Below, piece by piece: positions 38,749-48,702 of a stretch of DNA of 60,605 nt. Source of the DNA: an uncultured Eubacteriales bacterium (lineage in GTDB: Bacteria > Bacillota_I > Bacilli_A > RF39 > UBA660). Each line of letters begins with the position of its first letter. Position 1 is the first letter of the stretch. A model generated the notes under the pieces. That model saw only the letters and a program-made list of their open reading frames with translations. It made no database searches and was not told the DNA's origin. The stretch is from positions 1 to 60,605 of the forward strand of contig ONSF01000004.1 of NCBI GenBank assembly GCA_900320425.1, read 5' to 3'. The translations under genes and the position numbers were made by a program.

Positions 38749-39150
38749 TTATTTGTTCTTCTTTAATAAGTCTCTAATTTCTTCAAGTAATAAAATATCA
38801 TCAGCTTTTTTTACTTCTTCTTTTTTCTCTTCTTTAGCTTGTTTCTTTTTAGCTTTTTCTTGTAATGTATTAAATGCTTTTACTACGATAAAAATAGTAA
38901 ATGCAACAATTAGAAAATCAACAATATTTTGAATAAATTTTCCAAACATAATGTTAGCATCTCCTAAAGTTACTTTAATATCAGAAAAATCAATTCCACC
39001 TATTATTAAACCAACAAGAGGCATAATAATATCATTAACTAAACTAGAAACAATAGAATTAAAAGCATTACCAATTACAACAGCAACAGCTAAATCCATT
39101 ACATTTCCTTTAGAAATAAAGGTTTTAAATTCTTCTAAAAACTTTTTCAT
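38749..39150 (-). CDS. mscL: Large-conductance mechanosensitive channel.
   Basis: [20 protein letters not shown] and [15 protein letters not shown] motifs. Confidence 0.93.
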   Translation of the reverse strand: MKKFLEEFKTFISKGNVMDLAVAVVIGNAFNSIVSSLVNDIIMPLVGLIIGGIDFSDIKVTLGDANIMFGKFIQNIVDFLIVAFTIFIVVKAFNTLQEKAKKKQAKEEKKEEVKKADDILLLEEIRDLLKKNK

Positions 39151-39162
39151 ATTTCTCCTTTC

Positions 39163-39789
39163 CTACTTTGTTCCAAAGATTCTATCTCCTGCATCACCAA
39201 GACCTGGCACAATATAACCATGTTCATTTAATGAAGAATCTTTATATGCAGAATAAATTTCAACATCAGGATGATCTTTCTTAATTCTTTCTATTCCATC
39301 AGGAGCTGCAATAATAGATAAAAACTTAATTTTTTTAACTCCCCGACTTTTAATCATACTAATTGCAGCACTTCCAGAGCCTCCAGTTGCAAGCATTGGA
39401 TCTAAAACAATAACTGTTTTATTTTCAATGTTTTTAGGAAGTTTACAATAGTATTCAACTGGTTCAAGCGTTTCTTCATTTCGGTATAATCCTATATGAC
39501 CAATTTTAGCATTAGGCATAACCTTTAAAACACCATCAACCATTCCCATTCCAGCTCGAAGTATTGGGACAAAAGCAAAATCATCTTCTGATATCACTTT
39601 ACCAATTGTTTTAGTAATAGGAGTTTCTACTTCCACTTCCCTAAGTTTGGCATCCTTTAAAGCCTCAAAGCAAAGAATCATAGCAAGTTCACTGATTAGT
39701 TCTCTAAACTCTTTGGTACTAGTATCCTTTCTTCTTAAAATAGATATTTTATGTTCCACCAATGGATGATTTAAAATAATTTCTTCCAT
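39163..39789 (-). CDS. upp: Uracil phosphoribosyltransferase.
   Basis: [23 protein letters not shown] and [12 protein letters not shown] motifs. Confidence 0.95.
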   Translation of the reverse strand: MEEIILNHPLVEHKISILRRKDTSTKEFRELISELAMILCFEALKDAKLREVEVETPITKTIGKVISEDDFAFVPILRAGMGMVDGVLKVMPNAKIGHIGLYRNEETLEPVEYYCKLPKNIENKTVIVLDPMLATGGSGSAAISMIKSRGVKKIKFLSIIAAPDGIERIKKDHPDVEIYSAYKDSSLNEHGYIVPGLGDAGDRIFGTK

Positions 39790-39850
39790 ATTCCTCCTTG
39801 AAACAATTTAATCTTATCATAGATTAACCTATTTTTCAATTATATTTTTT

Positions 39851-39877
39851 GAAAAAAGAATGCATATAATGCATTCT
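39851..39877 (-). terminator. Rho-independent terminator of the 638-aa protein gene.
   Basis: AGAATGCA-TTATA-TGCATTCT stem, followed by TTTTTT on the minus strand. Confidence 0.7.
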
Positions 39878-39891
39878 AATTATTATTATAT

Positions 39892-41808
39892 TTATAATCC
39901 AACTACATACGGATCAAGTTCTGTTCCAGAGCCTGATAGTATTTTTACAGTAGATTTTAAATTGATGGAAGGGCGAACAGGACGACTACTATTCAGTTCC
40001 GAGGTGGAAATGGTAGCATTGGCACTGACGCTTAAAACATACCAACTAGAAAATGGTGTTATTAGCCACATAGCACTTGGTGGATTATAAAAACCATCAA
40101 GTTGTGCTGAAAACATTTCTCCTACTCTTGGAAGTCCAACTTTACCAATATATATTTTATTTGCATCATATCCATCTGCATTTGGATCAGTTGGATATTT
40201 TGTACAATTTTTTGTTGTTACTGAATTCAAATTAGAATCTTTGCATATTGTTGCTTTATAACTAAAATTGCTAGTTCTATATAATCCTAGATAATATGTT
40301 CCATCTACCATCATATTTTTATATGTTGATGATATATTATTATACCACGTATTATTCAAATATGAATCCCAATAGGTATCTCCGGTTGTATTATCATTTT
40401 TACCAAAGTATGTACTACTTGCAAAATTTTTAGTAATTTCAGTTTTTGGAGTTGATGTACTTGTTTCATCTCTTAAGATATCATTTCTTGTTAATTTTGT
40501 TATATTATTTTCCGTACTTACTATTCTATATAAATCTCCATCAAAATTTACATATTCACCAGAATATCTTTTATACAATTCTGTTCCAATAGTCCCACTT
40601 TCATAATCACTACCAACAAGTTTATATGGATCAGTTTTAATTCCACATCCAGACAACACGACGCCAGATTGTAAGATAATTGAAGGACGGACGCCGATCG
40701 TGTAACTCCATGACGCATTGTAATTTATCAGTTCGCCATTGGTACTGACATACCGAACGTTCGAATCAGACGTTGGGGTCATTAACCACCAATAATCACG
40801 CATATTAAGGTAACCTGTAGCATAATTAGAAGTATTACAAGCATTACTGCCATTACAACGATAACTATTATAGTATTCATATGCATTTAATAGTCCTACT
40901 CTTGCTTGTTTTGTTTTTTGAGTTTCAATGGTTTCAGGTCTTACTGGAGGAACTGAAACACTTGTTGAATAATTCCATATTGCATTTTCAATGATAGTAT
41001 CTTTATTAATTAAAGTATCATAAAAATCTTCATTTAACCATTGATAAATATATGATCCATCATATTCTGCATTACTCCCCCAAATTATTGATGTTATTGT
41101 ATCTTCAGTTACCATTTTCATTCTTCCATCTGGATAAATTGCTGTTATTCTCCACATTTTACCACTATACCATAGATAATTAAAGTCTATACAGTCGCGA
41201 CTTCCTGATAGATATATTATTCCATCTTCTTTATAAGTTAACTTAGCATTTTGACAAGTTGATGAAGTGTTATTGCTTTTTATTTGTATAGGTGGTTCTT
41301 TTATTATTATATCTTGATTTAATATAAGTTCTGTTTGGCCATTTAATGTTGCACCTGTACTTTCAAATCCTCCGACAGTACCTAATATAATCGTTAAATC
41401 ACTACTTGATGAATTAGTAAATGTTAATGATATCGTTTTCGTATTAGTAAAAGTTCCTTCTACTAAATTATTTGGAAAACTTTCAGTACTAGTTACTCTG
41501 AATGTTCCATAACCTTCTACATCATAATACATTTTATAAGCCATTGCACTAGTAGTACTTGCTGTTATTTTAACAGATACTGTTTTACTACTATTAGCAC
41601 TTAAGGTAAAAGTATTTAAACTTGTATCATCAATTGTTGTTGTAATACTAGGAATGGATGATGAAGTATTTATTACAATAGCATTATTTTTTATAACATT
41701 TACTTGAAATAAAGCATATGAGTAATAAAAACAAAGTGCTACGATATTTACTAGTAAAAATAATACAATAAATTTTTTATTTATGTTTATTTCCTTATTT
41801 AGATTCAT
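39892..41808 (-). CDS. Secreted or surface protein with an N-terminal signal anchor, a Thr/Ser-rich beta-sandwich-like region and two DUF6273-like modules (WWL..P....GVRPS).
   Basis: N-terminal TM FIVLFLLVNIVALCFYY. Repeated pattern ...YQWLNEDFY...YWWLMTP...GVRPSIIL...DPYKLVG and ...YLNNTWY...MWLITP...VRPSINL...DPYVVGL. It is monocistronic, with terminators on both sides. Confidence 0.7.
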   Translation of the reverse strand: MNLNKEININKKFIVLFLLVNIVALCFYYSYALFQVNVIKNNAIVINTSSSIPSITTTIDDTSLNTFTLSANSSKTVSVKITASTTSAMAYKMYYDVEGYGTFRVTSTESFPNNLVEGTFTNTKTISLTFTNSSSSDLTIILGTVGGFESTGATLNGQTELILNQDIIIKEPPIQIKSNNTSSTCQNAKLTYKEDGIIYLSGSRDCIDFNYLWYSGKMWRITAIYPDGRMKMVTEDTITSIIWGSNAEYDGSYIYQWLNEDFYDTLINKDTIIENAIWNYSTSVSVPPVRPETIETQKTKQARVGLLNAYEYYNSYRCNGSNACNTSNYATGYLNMRDYWWLMTPTSDSNVRYVSTNGELINYNASWSYTIGVRPSIILQSGVVLSGCGIKTDPYKLVGSDYESGTIGTELYKRYSGEYVNFDGDLYRIVSTENNITKLTRNDILRDETSTSTPKTEITKNFASSTYFGKNDNTTGDTYWDSYLNNTWYNNISSTYKNMMVDGTYYLGLYRTSNFSYKATICKDSNLNSVTTKNCTKYPTDPNADGYDANKIYIGKVGLPRVGEMFSAQLDGFYNPPSAMWLITPFSSWYVLSVSANATISTSELNSSRPVRPSINLKSTVKILSGSGTELDPYVVGL

Positions 41809-41880
41809 TTTATCAACCTCTATTCTTAATAAGAGAATATCATATTTTTTTATTTTTGTGAAGTATATTTTGTTAATTTA

Positions 41881-41911
41881 TAAAAAAATATTTGAAAGAA
41901 ATCAAATATTT
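41881..41911 (-). terminator. AT-rich hairpin terminator after holA.
   Basis: AAATATTTGA/TCAAATATTT stem directly after the stop, followed by a T run on the minus strand. Confidence 0.5.
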
Positions 41912-42820
41912 TTACATTTGCATAATATATGATAAAAGAGAAATCGATGGAATTTGTTTTCCACTTTTAATATCTTCATCCATGATAGCTAAAGAATAAA
42001 GAATTGAAAGTAATTCTTTTTTAGAATATTTTAAACCCTTTCCTCTTGCAAGTTTAACTGGATATTCTTTAACATCCAAAATACTTGCTATTTCAAAGTC
42101 AGATAATCTATTTAATACTTTTACATTATAAATTAATCTTATTTGATTAGAAAGTAATACTAATATTTGAAAAACTTCCGTTCCATTACTAATAAAATAA
42201 TTATATAAATCAAATACTTTAACTTTATCTTTTTTTAAAATAGCATCAATTAAATCAAAGATAGTATCATCAAAATTTTTTTTAGTAATATTTTCTATAT
42301 CTTCTTTAGTTATTATTTTATCATCTAACTTATATTCTTTTAATTTAGATAATTCTTGATAAATTTCATGATAATTATTCCCTACTCTATTTATAAAATA
42401 ATTTATAGTTAAATTATCCATTTTATAGTCTTTAATATTTTCTTTAATGAAAGTTATTGGATTTAATTCTTTTATTTCTATTTTTTTAAAATATTTTAAA
42501 GTATCCTTGACAAGTTTTAATCGATTATTAATTTTATTTGTAATAATTATTAAAATATTATCACTAGGATGTTCTAAATATTTAATATATTTATTAGTTG
42601 GAAAATTATCATCAACATTTTGATAAAAGTTGGGATTTTTAGCAATTACAATCTTTTGTTTTAAAAACATATCATATGTATCTAATGTTTCTATTACATC
42701 TAAAATACTAGATTCTTCTAAATCAAATTCTATTACTTCGGTATCTTTAGGAATGATTTTAGCAAGTTCTTTTTCTATTAAATATTCATTATCTCCTTCT
42801 ATTAAATATAATTTATCCAT
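41912..42820 (-). CDS. holA: DNA polymerase III subunit delta.
   Basis: About 300 aa. The N-terminal YLIEGDNEYLIEKE and the C-terminal helical domain are typical of HolA. Confidence 0.8.
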   Translation of the reverse strand: MDKLYLIEGDNEYLIEKELAKIIPKDTEVIEFDLEESSILDVIETLDTYDMFLKQKIVIAKNPNFYQNVDDNFPTNKYIKYLEHPSDNILIIITNKINNRLKLVKDTLKYFKKIEIKELNPITFIKENIKDYKMDNLTINYFINRVGNNYHEIYQELSKLKEYKLDDKIITKEDIENITKKNFDDTIFDLIDAILKKDKVKVFDLYNYFISNGTEVFQILVLLSNQIRLIYNVKVLNRLSDFEIASILDVKEYPVKLARGKGLKYSKKELLSILYSLAIMDEDIKSGKQIPSISLLSYIMQM

Positions 42821-45500
42821 GAATATCCTTTTTTATTTCTTTAAATACTTCTTCAATAGAATCGATTGTTTTACCTGATCCCATAGCAAATTTAGGTGAA
42901 CCTCCTCCATTTCCATTTGATCTTGTTGATATTAATTTAATCATATCTGATGAATTTATATTAGAGTTACTTCTTGCAATAAAGGTTGGTGTATTATTAG
43001 TTATATTAGCTATTAAAATAAAAATATTATCATATTTATTTGCTAAAGTATCTAAAATATTTTTTAAACCATTGTTATCTTTTTCTTTTACTTTCATAAG
43101 AAGTAGATTTAGATTATTTATTTTTTCAATATTTTTTTCATACTCTACTATATCATTAATAGCAAGACTAGCTTTTTCTTTTTCATAATTTTTTTCTAGT
43201 TCTTTTAGTTCATTAGCAACTACTTTATCTAATTCTTTTAATTCAACAATTTCTTTATAACTCATTGGTTTAATTTCATTATTATAGGTTTCTTTAAAAC
43301 TTAATTTAATTTTATCTTTTTTAGCTTTTAAGAGAATATTATGTGCTTTCATACAATTTTTCATAATACTATCATTATATGGCTTAGATACAATTAATAA
43401 ACTATTTTCAATAGCATTAGATGTTGCTCCTGTTATACGATAAGTATTGCTTCCTTTTGATTCAAACGAAATAATTGCAAAACGTTTAATATCTTTGGTA
43501 TTTTTAACATGACATCCTCCACATAATTCTTTTGAATCTCCAATTTTAACAACTCTTACTTTATCTTTATATTTATCTTCAAAAAGAGCCATAACTTCTG
43601 ATTTATCAATTTTTGAAAAATCAGTAATTTCAGTTACTCTATCAATTTTTTTATTAATATAATTATTTACAAACTCTTCAACTTTTATAAGATCTGAATC
43701 AGTAATTTTTCCATGATAATTAAAATCAAATCTTAAATATTCATCAGTTACCTTACTTCCGGCTTGATAAATATTTTTATCAATTAATGTTTGTAAAGCA
43801 AGTTGTAAAATATGTACACTAGAATGATTACTTTCTATTGAAAGACGTCTATCTTTATCAACCATTTCATGTACTTTATCATGTCTTTTTATTGTTCCTG
43901 ATAAGACTTTAATTTTATGAATATTTTGTCCATTAGGACCCTTAAATACATCAAGAACCCTAGCTTTAAAATTATCTCCAATAATCATTCCTGTATCACT
44001 TATCTCACCACCTGATTCAGAATAAAAACAAGTTTTATCAAGAACAATAAATCCGTCATTTTTAAGTTCTTCTTGGAATTTATCATTTTTAATAATCGAA
44101 ATTACTTTTCCTTTTAATTCATATACTTCATATACAAATTCTGATTCTTCTTTATAATTTAATAAGAATTCATTTTGATTTTTAAATGATTCAGTTTGTT
44201 TTTGATTCTTTTTAGATAATTCTTTTTGTTTTTCCATACATTTTAAGAATTCTTCATGAGAAGTTGTAAATCCTTTTTCTTCTAAGTATTCAAGTGTTAA
44301 TTCAAAAGGAAATCCATAAGTATCATATAGTTTAAAAGCATCGCTTCCACTTATTTTATTATCAAGTGATTCATCCATCATTTGATATAATATTTTTTCC
44401 CCTTTATCCAAAGTTTTTAAAAACAAATCTTCTTCCTCTTTAATTTTTTCTTTAACCATTTTTTTAGTATCTTCTAAATATGGATAAACACTTTTCATAT
44501 TAGAAACAACAGAATCAACAAGTTTATACATAAATGGTTCATTTAATCCTAGTTTTTTTCCGTATCGAACACTTCTTCTTAGTAATCTTCTTAAAATATA
44601 TCCTCGTCCAACATTATCAAAGTTTGCTCCATCAGATAAAGCAAATGTTAACGCTCTAATATGATCTGCTATTACTTTATATGGCATTGAACCATCATAC
44701 AAAGTTCCTGATAAATCTTCTAATTTTTTTATCATTGGTAAAAATAAATCTGTATCAAAATTTGAATCAGCATCTTGAAAAATACATGCCCATCTTTCTA
44801 GTCCTGCTCCTGTATCAATATTTTTACTTGGAAGTTCTTTATAATCACGTCTTTCTACTCCTTCTTTAGAATTAAATTGACTTAAAACATTATTCCAAAT
44901 TTCAACAAATCTTTCGTTATCTTCTCCCTTAAAGAAATGTTCTTTTGCTTTTCCATCAAAATCGTATTTAAGTCCTCTATCAAAAAATATTTCCGTATCT
45001 GGTCCACATGGTCCTTCTCCAATCTCCCAAAAATTGTCAGAGAGCTTTGCTATATGATCAACTGGTACTCCTAAACTGATCCATTTATTAATAGTTTCTG
45101 TATCATCTGGATAGACTGTAAAATATAATTTTTCAATCGGAATATTAAACCAATCTTTACCAGTTAATAATTCATATGCAAATGTTAAAGCTTCATCTCG
45201 AAAATAATCTCCTACAGAAAAATTTCCCATCATTTCAAAAAAAGTATGATGACGACGAGTAACTCCAACATTTTCAATATCATTGGTTCTTATACATTTT
45301 TGAATATTAGTTATTCTTCTATTATCTGGAACAACACTTCCATCAAAATATTTTTTTAAAGGAGTAACTCCTGCATTAATCCATAATAATGAATCATCAT
45401 CTTTTGGTATTAATGGAGCACTCTTTATAATTTTATGTCCATGACTTGAAAAGTAATCAAGCCACATTTTTCTAATTTCTAAGCTTGTTAATTTTTTCAT
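42813..45500 (-). CDS. alaS: Alanine--tRNA ligase.
   Basis: IRKMWLDYFSSHGH, FEMMGNFSVGDYF, the editing-domain HSSVH/CGGCH zinc motif, and a C-terminal DHHA1-like domain. Confidence 0.96.
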   Translation of the reverse strand: MKKLTSLEIRKMWLDYFSSHGHKIIKSAPLIPKDDDSLLWINAGVTPLKKYFDGSVVPDNRRITNIQKCIRTNDIENVGVTRRHHTFFEMMGNFSVGDYFRDEALTFAYELLTGKDWFNIPIEKLYFTVYPDDTETINKWISLGVPVDHIAKLSDNFWEIGEGPCGPDTEIFFDRGLKYDFDGKAKEHFFKGEDNERFVEIWNNVLSQFNSKEGVERRDYKELPSKNIDTGAGLERWACIFQDADSNFDTDLFLPMIKKLEDLSGTLYDGSMPYKVIADHIRALTFALSDGANFDNVGRGYILRRLLRRSVRYGKKLGLNEPFMYKLVDSVVSNMKSVYPYLEDTKKMVKEKIKEEEDLFLKTLDKGEKILYQMMDESLDNKISGSDAFKLYDTYGFPFELTLEYLEEKGFTTSHEEFLKCMEKQKELSKKNQKQTESFKNQNEFLLNYKEESEFVYEVYELKGKVISIIKNDKFQEELKNDGFIVLDKTCFYSESGGEISDTGMIIGDNFKARVLDVFKGPNGQNIHKIKVLSGTIKRHDKVHEMVDKDRRLSIESNHSSVHILQLALQTLIDKNIYQAGSKVTDEYLRFDFNYHGKITDSDLIKVEEFVNNYINKKIDRVTEITDFSKIDKSEVMALFEDKYKDKVRVVKIGDSKELCGGCHVKNTKDIKRFAIISFESKGSNTYRITGATSNAIENSLLIVSKPYNDSIMKNCMKAHNILLKAKKDKIKLSFKETYNNEIKPMSYKEIVELKELDKVVANELKELEKNYEKEKASLAINDIVEYEKNIEKINNLNLLLMKVKEKDNNGLKNILDTLANKYDNIFILIANITNNTPTFIARSNSNINSSDMIKLISTRSNGNGGGSPKFAMGSGKTIDSIEEVFKEIKKDIHG

Positions 45501-45501
45501 A

Positions 45502-46050
45502 TTAACCCTCCATTTTTTCTAAAATGTCTTTTAAATTATCAATATAAGTGTCTTTATCAAAATTATTTAAAATATAATAATCAGCTATTGAAATAGGGCC
45601 ACCTTTAGCTAAGTTTTCTATTTCAGCTATATCTCTTTTTAAAGCTTCATCACCTGTTAATGGTCTAATATCTCTATTTTCAAGTCTTTCGTATCTTAAT
45701 TTTCTATCGGCAACAATTGCTATCATAGTAAGACTATTACCAAGTTTTTCTTTTAAAACTACATACTCATCCCAAGAATATAATCCATCTAATACAACAT
45801 CAGAGTCTTTTGAATAATCAATTATTCTAGGAAGTAAAATTTTAGCATAAGCTGCCATTCCTAATTCACTTCGAAGTTTTTCTCTCATATATTTTTCATT
45901 TTCAGGATTTATTTCCATGTTATTCTCTTTTAATTTTTCCATGGTAACTCCTCCAAAATAAACTTTTTTAAAGCCAATGCTTTCTAAATAATCCGAAGCA
46001 ACACTTTTGCCACTTCCACACATTCCAACAATTGCAATAATTTTTTTCAT
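45502..46050 (-). CDS. P-loop nucleotide kinase-like protein (dephospho-CoA kinase/dNMP kinase-like AAA).
   Basis: IAIVGMCGSGKS Walker A. It is 182 aa and is the first gene after the T-box leader. Confidence 0.6.
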   Translation of the reverse strand: MKKIIAIVGMCGSGKSVASDYLESIGFKKVYFGGVTMEKLKENNMEINPENEKYMREKLRSELGMAAYAKILLPRIIDYSKDSDVVLDGLYSWDEYVVLKEKLGNSLTMIAIVADRKLRYERLENRDIRPLTGDEALKRDIAEIENLAKGGPISIADYYILNNFDKDTYIDNLKDILEKMEG

Positions 46051-46065
46051 AATTCACTCCTTTAA

Positions 46066-46252
46066 ATAACAAAAAGACCCGACTAGGAGCAAGTTTCCTC
46101 GCGTTACCATCCTAATTTGGTCTTAATTTTTATAACGGTATCCCGAAATCCTAAATAAGCAGCCTTTCATATTAATAAATATTAACTTTCACCTTCCGTT
46201 AACTCTCTAAAATTCATTTAATACTACTTCGAATATTTAATAGATTTTTTCT
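46066..46252 (-). promoter_or_regulatory. T-box riboswitch leader, Ala-specific.
   Basis: On the minus strand: AGAGAG stem I element, a specifier loop GAAAGGCUG with GCU at 46161..46163, the T-box motif AAATTAGGATGGTAACGCG (46100..46118), then a terminator ending GGGTCTTTTT. It lies upstream of the kinase-alaS operon. Confidence 0.8.
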
Positions 46253-46345
46253 TACAGAGATTATTCTATCATAAACAAATTTAAAAATCTACTCTTTTTC
46301 TTGTTTTTAAGTAGAAATTATTTTATAATGAGGATGGAGGATGAT

Positions 46346-47419
46346 ATGAAAGAAATTAATGTGGTTCAAATAGGAACTGGAAAAATGAGTCGTTATACGA
46401 TGCGATATTTACTTGAAAAAGGATGTAATTTAGTAGGTGCATTTGATATTAATGAAAAAATAATTGGAAGGATGGTTAATGAAGTATTTCAAGAAGTAAA
46501 TTCCAATGTTATTATTAAAAACATTCAAGAATTAGATGCAAGTCTTAAAAAATTAAAACCCAATGTTGCAATAATTACAACTATGAGTTTACTTGTTGAT
46601 GTAGGAGATATTTTAAAAATATGTGCTAAAAATGGAGTTAATGCAATTACAACATGTGAAGAAGCCTTTGATTCATATAACTCAAATCCGAATTTAACAA
46701 AAGAAATTGATTATCTTGCCAAAGAAAATAATTGTACTATCACAGGTTCTGGATATCAAGATGTTTATTGGGGTAATTTAATTAGTTTAATTGCTGGTTC
46801 AACATTTAAAATTAAAGAAATTCATGGAAGTAGTAGTTATAATGTTGAAGATTATGGAATTGCCCTTGCTAAAGCACATGGTGCTGGTCTTTCTACTTTG
46901 GAATTTGATAAAGAAGTTGCAATTGTTGATAAAATAAGTGATGCAGAACGCCAAAAAATTATTAATGAAGGGACTTATTTACCAAGTTATATGTGGAATG
47001 TCAATGGATGGCTTATTGATAAGTTAGGTTTAACTTTAAAAAGTCAAACTCAAAAAACCATTCCAACAACTTATAAAGAAGATCTTTATTCAGAAACTCT
47101 TAAGAAAACAGTCAAAAAAGGAGAAGCAACAGGAATGAGTGCAGTTGTAACTACTGAAACACTAGAAGGTATAACTATTAAATCAGAATGTATTGGAAAA
47201 ATTTATTCTAAGGAAGATTTTGATAAAAATGAATGGACTATTATTGGAGAGCCAAATACTACCGTTATTGTTGAAAGACCATCTACTGTAGAACTTACCT
47301 GTGCAACCGTTGTTAATCGTATTCCTGATTTAATAAATGCTAATCCAGGATTTATCTTAACAAGCCAAATGCCAGAATTAACTTATAAAATTAAAGATTT
47401 AAAGGAGTATATAAACTAA
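46346..47419 (+). CDS. NAD(P)-binding oxidoreductase, DapB-like (amine dehydrogenase / 2,4-diaminopentanoate dehydrogenase-like family).
   Basis: INVVQIGTGKMSR Rossmann motif and about 357 aa. The start follows GGAGGATGA. Confidence 0.5.
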   Translation: MKEINVVQIGTGKMSRYTMRYLLEKGCNLVGAFDINEKIIGRMVNEVFQEVNSNVIIKNIQELDASLKKLKPNVAIITTMSLLVDVGDILKICAKNGVNAITTCEEAFDSYNSNPNLTKEIDYLAKENNCTITGSGYQDVYWGNLISLIAGSTFKIKEIHGSSSYNVEDYGIALAKAHGAGLSTLEFDKEVAIVDKISDAERQKIINEGTYLPSYMWNVNGWLIDKLGLTLKSQTQKTIPTTYKEDLYSETLKKTVKKGEATGMSAVVTTETLEGITIKSECIGKIYSKEDFDKNEWTIIGEPNTTVIVERPSTVELTCATVVNRIPDLINANPGFILTSQMPELTYKIKDLKEYIN

Positions 47420-47811
47420 TGGATAATTGTATATTTTGTAAAATTATAAAAAAAGAAATTCCTTCAGAAATAATATTTGAAGATAAAGATATAATGGTAT
47501 TTTTAGATATTAATCCAACAACCAATGGAGATACTTTAATTATTCCCAAAAAACATTATAAAGATATGTTTGATGTTCCAAGAGAACTACTTAATTATAT
47601 GGAAGAGTGTTATGAACATATATATGAAGTATATAAGAAAAAACTTCATTGTGATGGCTTAACTTTAACAACCAATATGGATTATGCTCAAGAAATTAAA
47701 CATTTTCATATGCATTTTATTCCAAGATATAAAAATGATGAAGTAAAATATTTATCTAATAAAGAAATATTAAAAGATTTAAAAGAAATCCAAGAAATAA
47801 TTAATAATTAA
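47419..47811 (+). CDS. HIT family hydrolase.
   Basis: CIFCKII and the histidine triad HFHMHFIP. Confidence 0.9.
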   Translation: MDNCIFCKIIKKEIPSEIIFEDKDIMVFLDINPTTNGDTLIIPKKHYKDMFDVPRELLNYMEECYEHIYEVYKKKLHCDGLTLTTNMDYAQEIKHFHMHFIPRYKNDEVKYLSNKEILKDLKEIQEIINN

Positions 47812-47813
47812 TA

Positions 47814-47846
47814 AAAATAGATATTCTAAATTGAATATCTATTTTT
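47814..47846. terminator. Bidirectional terminator between the HIT gene and the pilin-like gene.
   Basis: 13-bp perfect stem AAAATAGATATTC/GAATATCTATTTT. Confidence 0.7.
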
Positions 47847-47847
47847 A

Positions 47848-48702
47848 TTAATGTGTCAAAGTCCATTTATATTCTTTCTTGTAACCAGTTACTCGACTAA
47901 CCTTACAATAGTAATGTTTATTGTTTTCTGGACAAGCTGAATAGCTATATGTACATAACCAACGTGCAGTGCTTGTTGAATTCATTTGATTATAATAGCA
48001 TGATGGAGTACTATATTCACCATAAGTAGGAACATTTTGACTTATACATTTATAAGTACGAGTAAAGTTAGAAACATTCCCACTAAGTGAAGTACATGAG
48101 GCTGATATTGTTTGACTTCTATCTTTATTAGTTTCATTACAAATATATTGAGTATTAATAGTTACAGGACTTGTTGCTCCATAAGATCTACCTCGAACAA
48201 TAAAATCCTTTACAGAATTTGAAGGAGAGCAACTTAATGAAATTGTAGAATCAGTAGATTGGTAATGATAAATAGTAGTAGTAATTGCATCACAACTATC
48301 TCCATCATAAACACTATATTTATTTTTATGTTTACATATTAAACAAGTTTTGTATTCTAAATCAAAATTAACTCCATTATCTTCTTTTCTTACTACCTTA
48401 ACAAAACTATCGCTACAACTTCCTCCATTTGGATCTTTAAGTTCATCTAAATAATGTCCATCTACTAAATCTTGATATAATATTTTTACCGAAGAATCAC
48501 CATCACTACTTGGTAAATCATTAATATGATCAATAAAATAATTTCTAGCTGCTCCTTCTAAACTACTTTTATAATTTTTATAAAGCCCCTTTTTTCCATT
48601 TTGAATAATCGAGTTAACTGATATAACAACAAGTCCACCAATAATAGCAATAACAACAATAACTCCTAATAGTTCAACTAAAGTAAATCCTGATTTTTTC
48701 AT
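47848..48702 (-). CDS. Type IV pilin-like protein (prepilin-type N-terminal cleavage/methylation domain) with a Cys-rich 250-aa C-terminal domain.
   Basis: MKKSG-FTLVELLGVIVVIAIIGGLVV is a class III signal peptide. RBS AAAGGAG. The gene is isolated by terminators. Confidence 0.8.
   Translation of the reverse strand: MKKSGFTLVELLGVIVVIAIIGGLVVISVNSIIQNGKKGLYKNYKSSLEGAARNYFIDHINDLPSSDGDSSVKILYQDLVDGHYLDELKDPNGGSCSDSFVKVVRKEDNGVNFDLEYKTCLICKHKNKYSVYDGDSCDAITTTIYHYQSTDSTISLSCSPSNSVKDFIVRGRSYGATSPVTINTQYICNETNKDRSQTISASCTSLSGNVSNFTRTYKCISQNVPTYGEYSTPSCYYNQMNSTSTARWLCTYSYSACPENNKHYYCKVSRVTGYKKEYKWTLTH

Noticed and set aside
39860-40090. 76-aa + strand ORF overlapping the 3' end of the 638-aa protein gene.
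   Set aside because: It is a shadow frame opened by the local GC-rich island. It has no RBS and the translation is not protein-like.
40759-40767. GTTCGAATC, which resembles a tRNA T-loop.
   Set aside because: It lies inside a continuous reading frame. No acceptor, D or anticodon stems can be drawn around it.
39892-41808. Calling the 638-aa protein gene a bona fide diversity-generating retroelement target.
   Set aside because: No reverse transcriptase, template repeat or accessory gene is visible in the 60 kb. The two islands are only distantly similar to each other. I kept this only as a hypothesis in the findings.
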